This document shows positions 11,861 through 25,386 of a DNA stretch of 54,997 bases, piece after piece (position 1 is the first letter of the stretch; every line of letters begins with the position of its first letter). The notes below the pieces were generated by a model. It had not been told where the DNA came from, ran no database searches, and saw only the letters and a program-made list of their open reading frames with translations. Origin of the DNA: Tegillarca granosa (Eukaryota); assembly GCA_029721355.1 (NCBI GenBank), contig CM056596.1, forward strand, positions 16,256,058-16,311,054, in the 5' to 3' direction. Both the position numbers and the translations under genes were made by a program.

Positions 11861-13857
11861 AGATAATTTTAAGTCTAGAGATCTATTGTCTATTCTGGAA
11901 GGCTTCGAGATATCAGATCATTTACATATATTACTTTAGATTACTCTGTATCCAAATTTCAGATTTTTAAAAAAAATTTTGATATAGAGCTTAATACGTT
12001 ACAAATTTCTGCACGTAGACCGTCTATTGGGTTATCAACACAAAACGTTTTTTGATACCGATAGACTTTCTATTGTGAAAATTTTGTAGCAAGCTCCTGT
12101 GTAGCAAGTAATGAAACATTGCATACCTGATTTATTGTAAACTCCTTGGAAATACTCAGATTTTCAATATTATAAGCTTGAAATTGTTGCCTTCTAGGTC
12201 TATGGGTCCGACAACGATTCTCTGTATATTGTTTTTGTACGCCACGTTTATTATTAGATATTGCGGGAAAATGAAAGTAAGCGAAACGGAAACGAAATGA
12301 ATAAGAAAAGTCGGTACGGACATTAAAAACCCCCGTAATTATTTTTATTTAAACATATTTCAAAGCCAATTTTTTAAAACAATGCACTGTGATCGGACGT
12401 AAGTTTATAAAAAAAAACCTTAAAATTGTGATACATTGAATATTATTTATTTATTTATTTATTCGATTGTGATGGTTTCTAATATACAGCATATTGATCA
12501 TAGTACAATTATCTCCGAGATGGTAAAATTGTTCACAACCTTGCACCAGAGACATATATTACATATAATATAATATATGTAATATATTCAATGTTTCGGC
12601 TTGCACCAATGGATTCTTGTATTACATTTTTAAGGTTTTAATCATTCACCACCGTTTTTCAAATACCGTCTTTACAGAGTAACAAATTGATACTGAGATA
12701 AATAAAAACTCCGTTTTCTTGTTAGACTGACACAAGACCACAACAATCTAAAGATTCTTTGTTGAGGTGATTATGTATTTTTACCTTTCATCAAGAAATA
12801 TTTAAATTTGCCCAGTTCTTTCTATAAGAGACGATTTAGAATGACTTAGCTGAAAACGTATAAAGTCTGGGAAAACTAGAAAAACGAATGATTTCTCTGA
12901 AAAATTAGTTCCTGTGTTAAATGACTATAAAACTAATTTCTATGCCGAATCAAATTTAAATCTTATTTATCATCATCATTTGGCTCTATCTTTGCCTGTA
13001 ATTTCAAACTTAAGAAAATTTCATTGAAAAATGGCATTTGCATAATCCAAAATAAGTGAGTCAACGAAAAAGGATTTCTTGAAGAGAAAAAAAAACATTT
13101 AAAAATTTTAAATGGTCTTAATCTCCTCTACATACATAAAATTTAAACTATAAAAGTCCACTAATGAATCTGTATTAGTTAAATTTCTGTTGTTGCTTTT
13201 TTTAAGTAACGACCACTACAAACGGCGTGAAAACAGTCTTAATAATCTGATACTTTAGTTTTGCAACGTGCTTCTTCTGAATGCATTATTTCATGAAACT
13301 TCAAAAGCAGCACATGACAGTTCAGTCGTACAAAGATACCCTACTTGTAAATTTGAAACATCAGTTTATCAAGCGAAAGTAGCCTTTGTGAAAAAGCTTA
13401 CATAATATTCTTAAGAAATTCCTTGACAAAACTTATTTATCAATAATGTGTTTAAAAACACATGCCAACATAAAAACTACTGAAAATTACTTTAAGGAAA
13501 CAAAAGATATACTTTATTAGAATAAAGCACACTTGCTACACTGAATAGACTCGCCGTCTGTTGTTGAAATGATGAATGTATTTTATTTAAACTTTATGTT
13601 TAAATGTTTGATTTGCTTCCAAATATCATTGATCAATTACTGTAATGATCCGTGTGCGGTCAACCAAACCCTCACACGTGCCAGAATCTGTTCAGACTAT
13701 AAACACTAATGTATAAAATTTTATCAAAAACAATTGTCTCCTTTGTCGTATACCATTTTTGAATGTATTGTATGATTATATGAAACAGTCGTTAGAACTG
13801 AGGACAGTTTTTCCTTGTATTATATTTCCAAGTATTGTGTGTTTTCTTTTTCTTTTA

Positions 13858-14180
13858 AGGACCACTGCGGTAGCTCAGTTGGTAGAGTGCTCGCTCCGTA
13901 AGTGGGAGGTCGTGGGTTCGAACCCCGGCCGGGTCTGACCCAAGACTTGAAAGTGGGTAGTGGCTGTTCTTTCGCAAAGCACTCGGCATTACGAAATAAA
14001 AGCTTAAAATAAACGAGGTCCCATGTCAAGGCGTGGCACGATAAAGAACACTGCTGTATACTGCCATCAGCGCAACGCACAGGAAAAATTCGGACTGCAC
14101 TTTCGCTTATAGCTGGCGACGTCTCGATATAAGTGAATATTCTTGACTGGGGCGTTAAACACCATTACGCAACTCAACTT
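13858..14180 (+). mobile_element. SINE-like repeat with a tRNA-related head (GGTAGCTCAGTTGGTAGAG...GGTTCGAACCCCGG)
   Basis: It has tRNA-like A/B-box motifs but an incomplete cloverleaf (the acceptor stem cannot pair). Related heads occur at 11760 and 11530. Confidence 0.5.
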
Positions 14181-14466
14181 TTCTTTTAATATTCTTTCAA
14201 AGGACCTTTTTATGTATGTTGTCACAAGTCATACTTGACTATATGACAATAAATTTTGAATTGAATTGAATTAAATATAATAATCAAAATCAATCACAAT
14301 CTAAGCACGTGTATATGCGCCAGTACAATTACTATTATTGTATTGAGTAGTTGGCTTTGAAGGGTGTAAGTTTGAGTCCCTTATTGCGGCAAAAACACCG
14401 ATAAACACAAAGTAAATGTTCAAAAGAAATGTTACTTTTATTAATGCTATCTTGATGACAACATTA

Positions 14467-15419
14467 TCACATCCGAAGAGGATGAAATACTCCAATACAC
14501 GGTGCACAACTAGCTCTCGTATGTGTTCCACATTCATCCCAGTTTGATTTTTTCTTCAGCGACTTCAGGAAGTGATCACCCACAGCAAATATTTCTACCA
14601 ATATCCTCCAGTTTGAAGTTTTATCATTCTCTATGGTTTTCAGTTTCCATCCATTCCAGTTAAAGAATGGATTATTAAATAAATCTATTTCCAGCATGTT
14701 GTCCTTGCAAAATTGCACTAAGGGGTCACTAACCTTTATCAACACAAGTCGGACATACTGTGACCCGCCAGCATAGTGATAGGAATTTTCAAAAAACAAC
14801 AAAGCGAATCGCCGTGTTGGCTTTATATCTGGTTCTGGTAGTTTGACAGTTGGTGCTTCTTTCTTTCTCTCCATTGCCCTTTTCTTTCTATCTCTTTTTT
14901 GTCCCGGGACTTTCCTTTGCCCTTTTTATTTCCCTTGTGACTACAATCATCTACAGCTTCATCGGGGAGTTCAACCTCCTCGTTTTCTTCATCATCAGAT
15001 TCGCCCAATTCATTTTTTGTTTCCATAGCAATCGCGCCCTGTTCCGACTCATCTTTTACTTCGATACCCTCCTGATCTTCAGGATCGACTGGATTTTCTA
15101 TCGCACTTTTCATACTAAACATTACCTCACCGACTGGTATCTTGACCCTTTGTGTTCCGTAGGGAGAATGGTCCATCATTTGTCCGTCATAGAGCGATAT
15201 CATAAACCAAACTCCCTTTAAATTTGTATTTTTAGACAAAGGTGATCCCACTGGATAATCCGAACATGAACCAAGAAGTAATCCTTGCTCAGTAATACTC
15301 TTCTTGGATGTGAGTTTAGTACAGTGAACGAAGTATTTGACATTTTGTTGGTCTCGATAATCAGCATATTTTAACAATTCTCCATATAACACTTCCAGCT
15401 TTTTCTTGTCAATTTCCAT
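14467..15419 (-). pseudogene. Two overlapping minus-strand ORFs (198 aa + 135 aa) joined by a frameshift, with an acidic/Lys-rich linker. Function unknown; it may be a pseudogene, may contain a short intron, or may derive from a transposable element.
   Basis: The ORFs 14823-15419 and 14467-14874 overlap by 52 nt in different frames. The peptides (YADYRDQQNVKYFVHCTKL...; ...FFENSYHYAGGSQYVRLVLIKVSDPLVQFCKDNMLEIDLFNNPFFNWNGWKL...) have low complexity only in the linker. Confidence 0.35.
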
Positions 15420-16922
15420 AACTATATGTCAGATAATGTTCAGTTCAAATCACACTGTAAGAAAATTTGTAGTGGTAGATTATACACGTAATTTTTGAAA
15501 ATCTGTATTACGGTTGTAATAATTATCAGTAAATATAAAATATATATTCTATAAATACACGTTAAAACTTTATCGATCTAATGGACTTTTATTGACGCAC
15601 CCATTGTTTCAAAGTCATTACGACCTAGATATTTTCAGTTTTCAGAAAATTAAGTCCTAAATTTAAAGTGTGTTTATAAACTGTAACATTACGTAATATT
15701 CATTAAGCGCCCTACCCGGAAGTTACCCTGACGCATGTTTTAAAGCCGTTTGTTCTATTATGTCAGCAAATCATGCATAAATGTTTTCTTTTCATTTTGG
15801 TATCTATGCTGATTTTTTAAGAAATAAAAATGTAAAAAATTTAAGAAACTTGTTTTCTTTATATCACTGTATTTTTTCTTCATGCAATTTCGGGACATGG
15901 TATAGGTATTAGGTCTCGGTCAGTATGTGCTTAGTGTCATGTGAAGAATTTAGAATTTTTACCAAAAGAAATATTCTCGAATATTTTGAATATATTGAAT
16001 ATTTCTTTTAGTAAAAATTCTAAATTCTGCACATGACATAAGCATGCTTTTCGTTCGTTTCTTTAAGTGTGGCGTATTTTTAGATCCTTTTTTGCTCATA
16101 GCCAAATGTATTTTAAGCTATATAGATTTCTAGTTTCCTTTTGCAATAGACTTTTTCTTGAGCATAATTTGTCAAAGTATAAATTGGGTAAATTATGGAG
16201 GAATTGTGTTTTAGTTTAAAAATAATAATAATGATTTATCTTAATCAGACATACACAACGAATAAACCTGTGAATTACACTCTGTTTATAAATGTCGTAT
16301 AGCATGCTCGTCAGCCATTTCCTATTGCAATTTACATAAATATTATTGTTTCTTAAAACCTTGCATTTCTATCCGAATATAGTAAATGAAATAGATGCGG
16401 AAATGTTTCTTTTGAAATGTCATCAAATGTTATGAATGTCATACATCGTTGATCTTAAATTTTGATACTAAGTGGACTTGACAAAACTTAAACAATTGTT
16501 GCTCTTGGTTATTTTGGGGGAAATAGTATCATGTACCAAACTTAAAGGACAAAGTAATACAACTTTATCAAAATTACAAATAAATTGAAATAAAACAGGT
16601 TTTGTTGAAAAATTACACATTTACAGTTAAATTGATATTACACGCTAGTGACAGGTAAATAGCATATTCAAAACGCGTTTCTCTTCAAAACTTCCAAAGG
16701 GATACATATGCTTTGCAATAGTTTAAGCAACTAAGAAAACGTTATACTGAACAAAGCAAAGAAATCAAGACAGAATAAACATCCATCGAGACAGCTGTAT
16801 CTCAGCTTAAGAAGCACTCCGACTGTTTTATATAAAAATTCAAAACTAGTTACCAGTATTTGACCCAAAAACACCAAACGAATTCACTAGAGGCAATGTC
16901 GGATTCACAAAATATATGTAAA

Positions 16923-18764
16923 CAAGAGGGCCATGAAGGCCCTGGATGCTCACCTGAAAATGATGTACATTCAGCTTGATTTTGGCAAATTGGAGCCTTT
17001 ATTTTTAAAAGAGATTTTTCCTATTTATTTCGAACTAGTGACCTAACATGACCCATATATAAACTTGAGTTAGCTTTTGTAAGGAGGATTAATCACGGCA
17101 AGTTTGATGAAGATTGGACTAAAATTTGGGCCTCAGATGTGTTAACAGGGTTTTTTATATAATTTGACCTTACGATCTATTGACATAATATAACCAGAAA
17201 AAAAACTTCAGCTAGCTTTTGTCATGAGGATCGTTCTGATTAGGTTTAATAAAGATTGGACAAAAATTGAGCCATCAGATGTATTAACAAGGTTTTTATA
17301 TAATTTGACCCAGTGACCTACTTATTGACCCAACATGGGCCATATACGAACTTGAGCTAGCTTTTGTCAAGAGGATCATTCTGACTAAGTTAAATAAAGA
17401 TTGTGCTAAAATTGGTGGCTCAGGAGTGTTAACAAGATTTTTCTATTATTTGACCTAGTGACCTACTTATTGACCCAACATGGCCTATATACGAACTTGA
17501 GCGAGGATCATTCTGGCTAAGTAAGATGAAGATTGCACTCAAATTGGGGCCTCAGGAGTGTTAACAAGATTTTTCTATTATTTGACCAAGTGACCTACTT
17601 ATTGACCCAACATGGCCAATATACGAACTTGGGCTAGCTTTTGTCAAGAGGATCATTCTGGCTAAGTAAGATGAAGATTGCACTCAAATTGGGGCCTCAG
17701 ATGTGTTAACAAGGTTTTCCTGGAATTTGACCTAGTGACCTACTTATTGACCCAACATGGGCCATTTACGAACTTGAGCTAGCTTTTGTCAAGAGGATCA
17801 TTCTGACTAAGTAAGATAAAGATTGCACTCAAATTGGGGCTTCAGGAGTGTTAACAAGGTTTTTCCATTATTTGACCTAGGGACCTATTTATTGACCCAA
17901 CATGGCCCATATACTTTTAAGCTAGCTTTTGTCAAGGGGATCAATCTGACAATGTTTGATGACGATTTCACTAAAATTGGTGCCTCAGAAGTGTTAACAA
18001 GATTTTTCTATTATTTGACCTAGTGACCTACTTATTGACCCAACATGGCCTATATACGAACTTGAGCGAGGATCATTCTGGCTAAGTAAGATGAAGATTG
18101 CACTTAAATTGGGGCCTCAGGAGTGTTAACAAGGTTTTTCCATTATTTGACCTAGTGACCTATTTATTGACCCAACATGGCCCATATACTATTTTAAGCT
18201 AGCTTTTGTCAAGGGGATCAATCTGACAATGTTTGATGACGATTTCACTAAAATTGGTGCCTCAGAAGTGTTAACAAGGTTTTTCTATTATTTGACCTAG
18301 TGACCTACTTAATGACCCAACATGGCCAATACACGAACTTGAGCTAGCTTCGGTCAAGAGGATCAATCTGACAATGTTTGATGAAGATTGCACTTAAATT
18401 GGGGCCTCAGGAGTGTTTACAAGGTTTTCTATTATTTGACCTAGTGACCTTCTTATTGACCCAACATGGCCCATATACGAACTTAAGCTAGCTTTGGTCA
18501 AGAGGATCAATCTGACAATGTTTGATGAAGATTACACTCAAATAAGGGTCTCAGGAGTGTTAGCAAGGTTTTTATATTCATTGACCTTTTGACCTACTTA
18601 TTGACCAAACATGGCCAATATACGAACTTAAGCTAGCTTTGGTCAAGAGGATCAATCTGACAATGTTTGGGGGCCTCAGGAGTGTTAGCAAGGTTTTTCT
18701 ATTATTTGACCTAGTGACCTACTTAATGACCCAACATGACTTTGTGCTCAGGTGAGCTAAAAAG
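16923..18764. mobile_element. Helentron-like non-autonomous element with the same termini, carrying a different ~130-150-bp satellite array of about 12 monomers (17040-18730). Family copy B.
   Basis: The 5' end is CAAGAGGGCCATGAAGGCCCTGGATGCTCACCTGA and the 3' end is CATGACTTTGTGCTCAGGTGAGCTAAAAAG. The internal monomers (..GACCTAGTGACCTACTTATTGACCCAACATGGCC..) are repeated head-to-tail. Confidence 0.6.
17040..18730. repeat. Tandem satellite array of about 12 monomers (~130-150 bp each) internal to element B
   Basis: GACCTACTTATTGACCCAACATGG recurs every ~130-150 bp. The monomers are head-to-tail and 85-95% identical. Confidence 0.8.
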
Positions 18765-20040
18765 AAAAAAATCTAAAGAAAATTTATTTTGAATGTATAG
18801 CGAGATATTTCTGTATTGTGACTATGCAGTTTTGAAGAAAATCTTTAAGACATTCATTATTTATTACATTTTTCTCATACAGTTCTGCTTATAACAAGGC
18901 TAGGTACGTCTAGTTGTTCGTGGTGGAGGTCGTGCGGTGATGAAAGGTAGGTGCCCTTCTCATCTCCTATATTTTGTGTTGCTGATAATGCATTGCTGTG
19001 CTGTTAGTTTTCTAACAAACCAGCTCGACATATTTAACAAAGACTGAAGATTTTTTCTTCTTCATGTAGCTTAGATTGTGCCGTAAGACAGGATTTTGAG
19101 CCATCTTTTGAAGTTTTCTGGACTACTAAAGTTTTGAACATTTGGCCCTCGCTCAAATCCTAACCCTGACTAAAGATCGATGATTCAATTGTGACATATT
19201 ACTACATGAAAATCTCCAGTAAAAATGGAAAATGTTAAGCTTTGTGAAATTAATTAGTCATATGGTTCTGACCATCTTGAATGAAGCTCTGATGAAAAAA
19301 TCAATATACTTCACCTAGTGACCGTTCACGCCAAATCTGGTTCAAAATAGGCCAAGGGTTTCAGATGAGAAGATTAAAGTGATAAACACACTTGCATGTA
19401 CGATGCTTAGCCATGTCATTATCAAGAATGCACTAACAAACATTTAAGAAAAGGAGACAGGTAAACCCATTGGAATCTGTTGTGTGATTGAATTACTTGT
19501 AGGGCCCCAACTAACTAATTTTACAACCAATGGCCCCTTATGTCAACATTTACATACCACAGTGCCTGTCATCTTTGATTTAAATCTCACTCAGGCATAT
19601 TCAAGAGAAGGATAGTCACATTGCTTGGCAAAGGATGATTGTTTTTCAGGATATTACTCTTTACTTCACTGTTTCAGAATTGGTCACTTCAATTAAAGTG
19701 TAATTATATATCACAAATACCTGTTAAATTTTGATGTGCCATATGTGCACATTTCCGAAAATCACTAGGGGCCGAAAAGTTTAACAGATAAAAAACATAG
19801 GCAAACAGTTGAAAATTAATGAATCTAAAGTTCTTATATAATATGAATACAAATCCAAGTAAGGAATGCTTTGCGTGAGGGAACAAACCTTAGTTTTAAA
19901 TAAATTTATAAATTAAGACGGCTGAAAATTTTGCTAAATGGTATATTCCCTGACAGCACAAAGTACTTACCAATAAAATAACCTCAGTGAGTGAGCTCAC
20001 ATACCCTATGCTCTCACACATTGGACCCTATTAAATTTCA

Positions 20041-20345
20041 AAGTCCAAGTGCTGCAATTTCTGTAAAAAACGTAAAAATCGACAGAGCAAAATGAAAACG
20101 TAAACTTGATCTGAAACTCATTGTGGTAGACTTATATCAAAATTTAGTTCAATAAATTTTAGAAAAAAGTGCGGAAACTGTTCTTGCAGTATAATTATCA
20201 AAAACAAAGGGCTGTAATTTCTGTAAAAATTAACAGAGCAGGACAAAATGTAAAACTGATCTGATATTTAATTTGGTAGATTCACATACCAAAACTCATT
20301 TCATTATTTGCAAGTGTTAAGAAAAAAAAGTTTAGAAAACTTATG
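20041..20345. repeat. Diverged tandem duplication of about 2 x 150-165 bp
   Basis: Both units contain GCTG(C/T)AATTTCTGTAAAAA...ACAGAGCA...AAATG.AAAC..TGATCTGA...GGTAGA. Confidence 0.5.
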
Positions 20346-22819
20346 ATGGACTGATTGATGGACAGGTCAAAAGCATTACACCTTCTGCAAATTAATTGGG
20401 TAGGGTATAATAGTTATAACTAGATTAATTAGATCATGTAAATACCACTACAATCAAGAACAACAACAACAAATTATTTTCGGATTTTAAAGATTCCAAC
20501 ATATCTTATTAATCCGACATTGCAAGCCAAAAATGTCAGTAATTTTTCAATCTTGCAAGAAATTGAACCTTCCTCGAAAATTTTATTAAAAAATGTTGAT
20601 TTTTGAAATTGGGCATCGTGTAAAAGTCTCAGTGCTTTGACAAAAACACATTTCTATGAACACATACAATAATAACATAGAGGCGCTAAAAGATTAATGT
20701 AGCTTGCCTGCACATTACTTAAACCCAAACTTTTAACATTAGACATCTACATTCATGCTAATAGGTGATCATCATTTGAGCTTTGTAAAAAATGTATTTA
20801 AAAGTATCAACTCGCACACATTGTTAGCAATTCAGGCCAGTTACATGTCTATAATTAACACAATGACAAAATATGAAAAATAAGGAAAAGATAATAAAAT
20901 TCTAAAAGTAAACATTTTTATTTTATAATTCAATATATCTATAATATTGTAATATTTGTAGAAAAAACAATATGTGTTAATCACTTATATCACAATATCA
21001 TGTGCATAATTTCAGACATTACTGTGCTGTTAATTCTAAACTTACACATGTATTATCTTTATACATGTACTTGTAAACATGATATATCACATCAAATCAA
21101 CAACAAAAAAATCTTACAAGGTCTGTGCTTTTTTTCTAGACCAATTCTAATACTATAAGAAGAAGATCTGTTGGAAGAAGAGCACAGCTTCCCTATAGTC
21201 TATTCAATCAAGAATTCAAATGATTAAAAGAATCTATCACTACTTGTGGTGCCAGAGAGTGAAATCTCGACCAGACTTCTAACATATCTCGTCCAGAACT
21301 CGGCTTGTTCAGTTTATTTGTTTGTGCGGAGGTATGCCAGATTCTTGGGTTCAAGGCGGTCCTCAAAGTATCCCTACACCTCTGATTTCATTGATAAATC
21401 TTTGCCGGAAAAAGAGCATGTAAACTAAATATCTTGCACCACTCTTTATATGGAAATTTCTATCTGGGGTGCAAGAAAAATTAATCAAAAACAATAACAC
21501 TGGATACCAGCACTCATACTCACTAAACATACTGCATAATGAAAAAGATAAATTGTCAGGGGTGAAAAATACCCACCTTTTATGTACATGTACTTAAATC
21601 AAATACTTGTATATAGCACAAATATAATAAAATTTTACAAAGGCTAGAAATGTCTCTTAAAATCTAAATACCTTATTCCACCTATTTGTCTATTTGACCT
21701 TGTGACCTACACAATGGTTTTTACACTTCATCTTGTGTTGCTAATCATGTGTACCAAGTTTGATCAAAATCCACCCATAAATGTGAAAGTTATGGAGCAG
21801 ACACAATTTTACATGGACAGGACAGTGTGAATGGTGACCCTTATATACTCCTTAAAACTAAGGTAAACTGATCATGTTTATGTCAATTAATAATCCAGTG
21901 TTTTTTAGACTTTCGTGAAATAATGAACATAATTACTGCAGATGACATGTCTCATCTGAAACATAATGTACATATTTATGAAATGAATTAAAAAATTCCA
22001 TCCTAAATCTTCTGTAAAAAAGCCTTGAGTATGTTCTATGCTAAATCAAGTTTCACTACCATATCACTTATGCTTTAGGGGTTAAAAACGAGTAAGAAAA
22101 GTACTCTAACATAAAGTTGAGTGCGGAGGACAACTTTGCTGATAACAACTACATGTACTACATGACTGTCATGTACAACACTTTCAGGTGACACAAAAAC
22201 CTTGTATCCAGTTTCACTGTGTAACAGGATCATTTTAAATGCATGCTTGGAGGAAATTACCCATGTCAAAAAGATCTCTCTTTCACTGAGTGAGTTTACA
22301 TTTTACATACATGTAATTGGATTATACAATTTGCCCAACACCAATACAAAAACTAGTGAAAGAGTATTAAATTAATCAAATAAAATTTTTAAACTTTAGA
22401 TATACATTCATAACATTCATTAAATTATAAATGGTACAAAATCAAATTCAAATAATTTAAAGATATAAATTTTTTATCAAAAGGTACAAAACTTCAACAA
22501 TTGTATAGTTATAGTTTTATATTAGTTTGGATTCTGATACATGTGTAATAAAAAAATAATAAATTCAAAACAAATTAATATCAATTTCAGTCCGGTAATT
22601 AACATCTTTTGTGTTTACCACATTCAAGGGGTGGGACTATGGTTTGGGGTTAAATGTGACAATTTAAAATGCATGGTTACCTGTCAAATTTTTAGAGCAT
22701 ATGAAATGTTTAATATTAAATATGTATTGTATTCCGTTGCACAAATGTAGGATTACTTTTTGTTGTAATAGATAATAAAGGAATATTGGTGCAAATGAAA
22801 TGCCAAATTCCAAGAATGA

Positions 22820-22824
<5 letters not shown>

Positions 22825-22865
<41 letters not shown>
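22825..22865. repeat. (CA)n microsatellite of about 20 repeats
   Basis: Read directly from the sequence. Confidence 0.95.
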
Positions 22866-22867
<2 letters not shown>

Positions 22868-24549
22868 ATCAGAAATAAATAAAAAGAAAGGAAGATAATT
22901 TTAAATAAAACTCCCTGCTTCTAATATGTTATCACAGTCTTTATAACGATCACAATTTTTTCCATGTAAAACATTTTGCAATGTTTATAGTCATTCAATT
23001 TATTTAGGAAATAGATCAGACCTGTTTATTCTCACAATACTATGTATACATCTCTACATAAGTAGCACGGTAGTGAAGAATTATGGAATATTTTATTAGG
23101 AAGGAATCTCCCTAAAAGATCTAAAACAAATTAAGTATAATCTGTTCCTATTCTAGAATCCAATTATCAGGATCTGTTATGGAGAAAAATTCTCTCCACA
23201 TAATAAAATTATAAAGCAAAATATAATTCAGAAAAGACCAAAAGACAAATTAAAATTAAATGATTTCAAAACAAGTTTATATAATATATATATAATGAAT
23301 AAAAAATAAATAAACAAGAAAATTACATGTAACGAAATGTATTACATGTTTATTAATTAGTTTTATCATACAAACTTTTAACATTTATAAAAAAGGAAAA
23401 TAAAATATAATTTTTACTGTAACATGATTACCACATACTGCACATCTACAAAATACAAACATGACATACCAAGATGTAAGAAAAAAATAATAAAATGTAC
23501 AAAAAACTTTAGTAAATTTAACAATAATGTAGAGCACTTAATCATTACGATGAAACATGTCTATCAAACACTAAGAAAACTAAAATTTATATCAAAACAA
23601 GAATTCCACGAATTTAAATGTCTCGCCTGGTTAGTTTTTGGTTTAGTAGAAAATACATAACTTTAACATAAACTTTTCACATTTTGACATGCCAAAACAC
23701 CGCCTAGGACAACACAGGAAAAGTAACACCCAAGTCTTGCCTTATGGCAATGCCAGGCTTGACAATTACAACAATCAAACTTAATAATTTGAGCACTAGG
23801 AAATAAATGCACAGATAATAATATATCTACTGTTTAGTTTTAGTATTTTCGGTTTTTTACAGAGGTTTTTGACAGGAGAATATAATAAATTGTTTTTGAG
23901 GTCATATACCAATGTGACCTATGCATTTTAAAATAACTAATGGACTACTTATCATCTCATATTGGAAAATAAAATGTCAAGCTTTTTAAAATCTTTACAG
24001 GAGATCTGTATATGTATATGTGGTGTATAAATCATGTGGTTTAGAAAACTTGAATAGTGCATGAATGAAGAGTTCCAATTCTACATGGTAGAAAATTGTA
24101 TAATATAAGGTAGGCTAACCAGCAGTTTAAATGAATTATAAAAAAAAGTTTTGTTTTTTAACAGCCATCACTCTGATGTCTTAAAGACTTATCAAGAAGT
24201 TACTTATCCTAGCCCACTTGATTCTTCAATGACATGCTTTTTGAGGATTTAATTAAGTGTTGTATGTCATATTCCCATAAGGGTTTTAAAAAACATCTGC
24301 ATTCTGCAATATACTTCCTGTTATGAACTGTGGTATTTATTAGATGTATAATGTCACAACATTTAATGACATGATGAACAATGTATTGAATCTTATATCA
24401 GAAACCTTCATAGACTAGTGCTAAGACTAAGCAAAATCAAACATTTATAATAACAAATAACATATTTTTACACATGTTAATAGTATACATGTATAGATGT
24501 ATTGTAAAAGAAATTACCTCTACAATTCACCAATAAATACAAAAATATT

Positions 24550-24552
<3 letters not shown>

Positions 24553-24604
<52 letters not shown>
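24553..24604. repeat. (AT)n microsatellite of about 26 repeats
   Basis: Read directly from the sequence. Confidence 0.95.
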
Positions 24605-24613
<9 letters not shown>

Positions 24614-25272
24614 TATGTAAGTATTTTAATGGTCAAATTAATACAAGGATTACTGTAACACAATTACCAATTATGTGTAAAAAATATCATATAATGATGA
24701 ATACAGTTGTATAAAATATGTTAAGTTTCACAAAAGATGTCTTATTTATTTATGTATATTCAAGTCTGTTTTACAAAATACAAGGCCATTCTTTCAGAGA
24801 TATGAACCCACATTTTTTTATTTATTAATTTTTTTTGGGGATAATGAAAATGTATGAACAATTTATTATATAATAGCTATCTACTGCTTTTTTTCGATAA
24901 TGAAAACATGACAGTTCTTCAAATACAATCATTAACAACAACTAACATAAGTTTCATAATTTCTAAAACTGATTCAAAATATAGGTCTACTACTTTCATA
25001 AGAATTTTGTCTGAAAGAATAAACTAAATATTTTGAATAAAGTTGGTACAAAAATATGTGTATCTACAATTAATATTAAGACCTGTCACTATACAGGGTA
25101 GTTGACCAGAACATTTCACTAAAATTTGATCAAGCATGAGAGGCAGGTACTCTCACTCATGCAGAAAATACAAAATCTCATCTTCACCTGATGTAAATGA
25201 TCAACAAATAATCTGTCGCTCCAATTTCACAAAAATATCACATGATTTTGAAGGTAATGTTGCAGACATGAA

Positions 25273-25386
25273 TTAGCTGGACAGTCTATTACCGACTAAT
25301 CCTTGGGCAGTCATGAACAGATTAACTGGACTATCTCCACTTGTTATCAATGTGCTTGACATTCCTAATCCTTTCAGTAGATTAAT
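25273..25386 (-). CDS. MVP: MVP exon 25 (last coding exon): [37 protein letters not shown]
   Basis: Matches MVP [32 protein letters not shown]. The stop codon is at 25273-25275 and the acceptor is TTACAG. Confidence 0.85.
   Translation of the reverse strand: MNLLKGLGMSSTLITSGDSPVNLFMTAQGLVGNRLSS

Noticed and set aside
13858-13935. Possible tRNA gene (GGTAGCTCAGTTGGTAGAG...GGTTCGAACCCCGG)
   Set aside because: The acceptor stem cannot be formed from flanking sequence and the T-stem has a mismatch. The same head recurs with shared non-tRNA tails elsewhere, so a SINE head is more parsimonious.
17000-18730. Regularly spaced direct repeats, which could be mistaken for a CRISPR-like array
   Set aside because: The context is eukaryotic and the monomers are contiguous 130-150-bp satellite units with no unique spacers. 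The array is embedded in a transposon-like carrier.
18890-18960. Possible first coding exon (..GTGATGAAAG|GTAGGT) just after element B
   Set aside because: The evidence is only an ATG followed by a GT donor. There is no downstream exon or homology, so this is too speculative.
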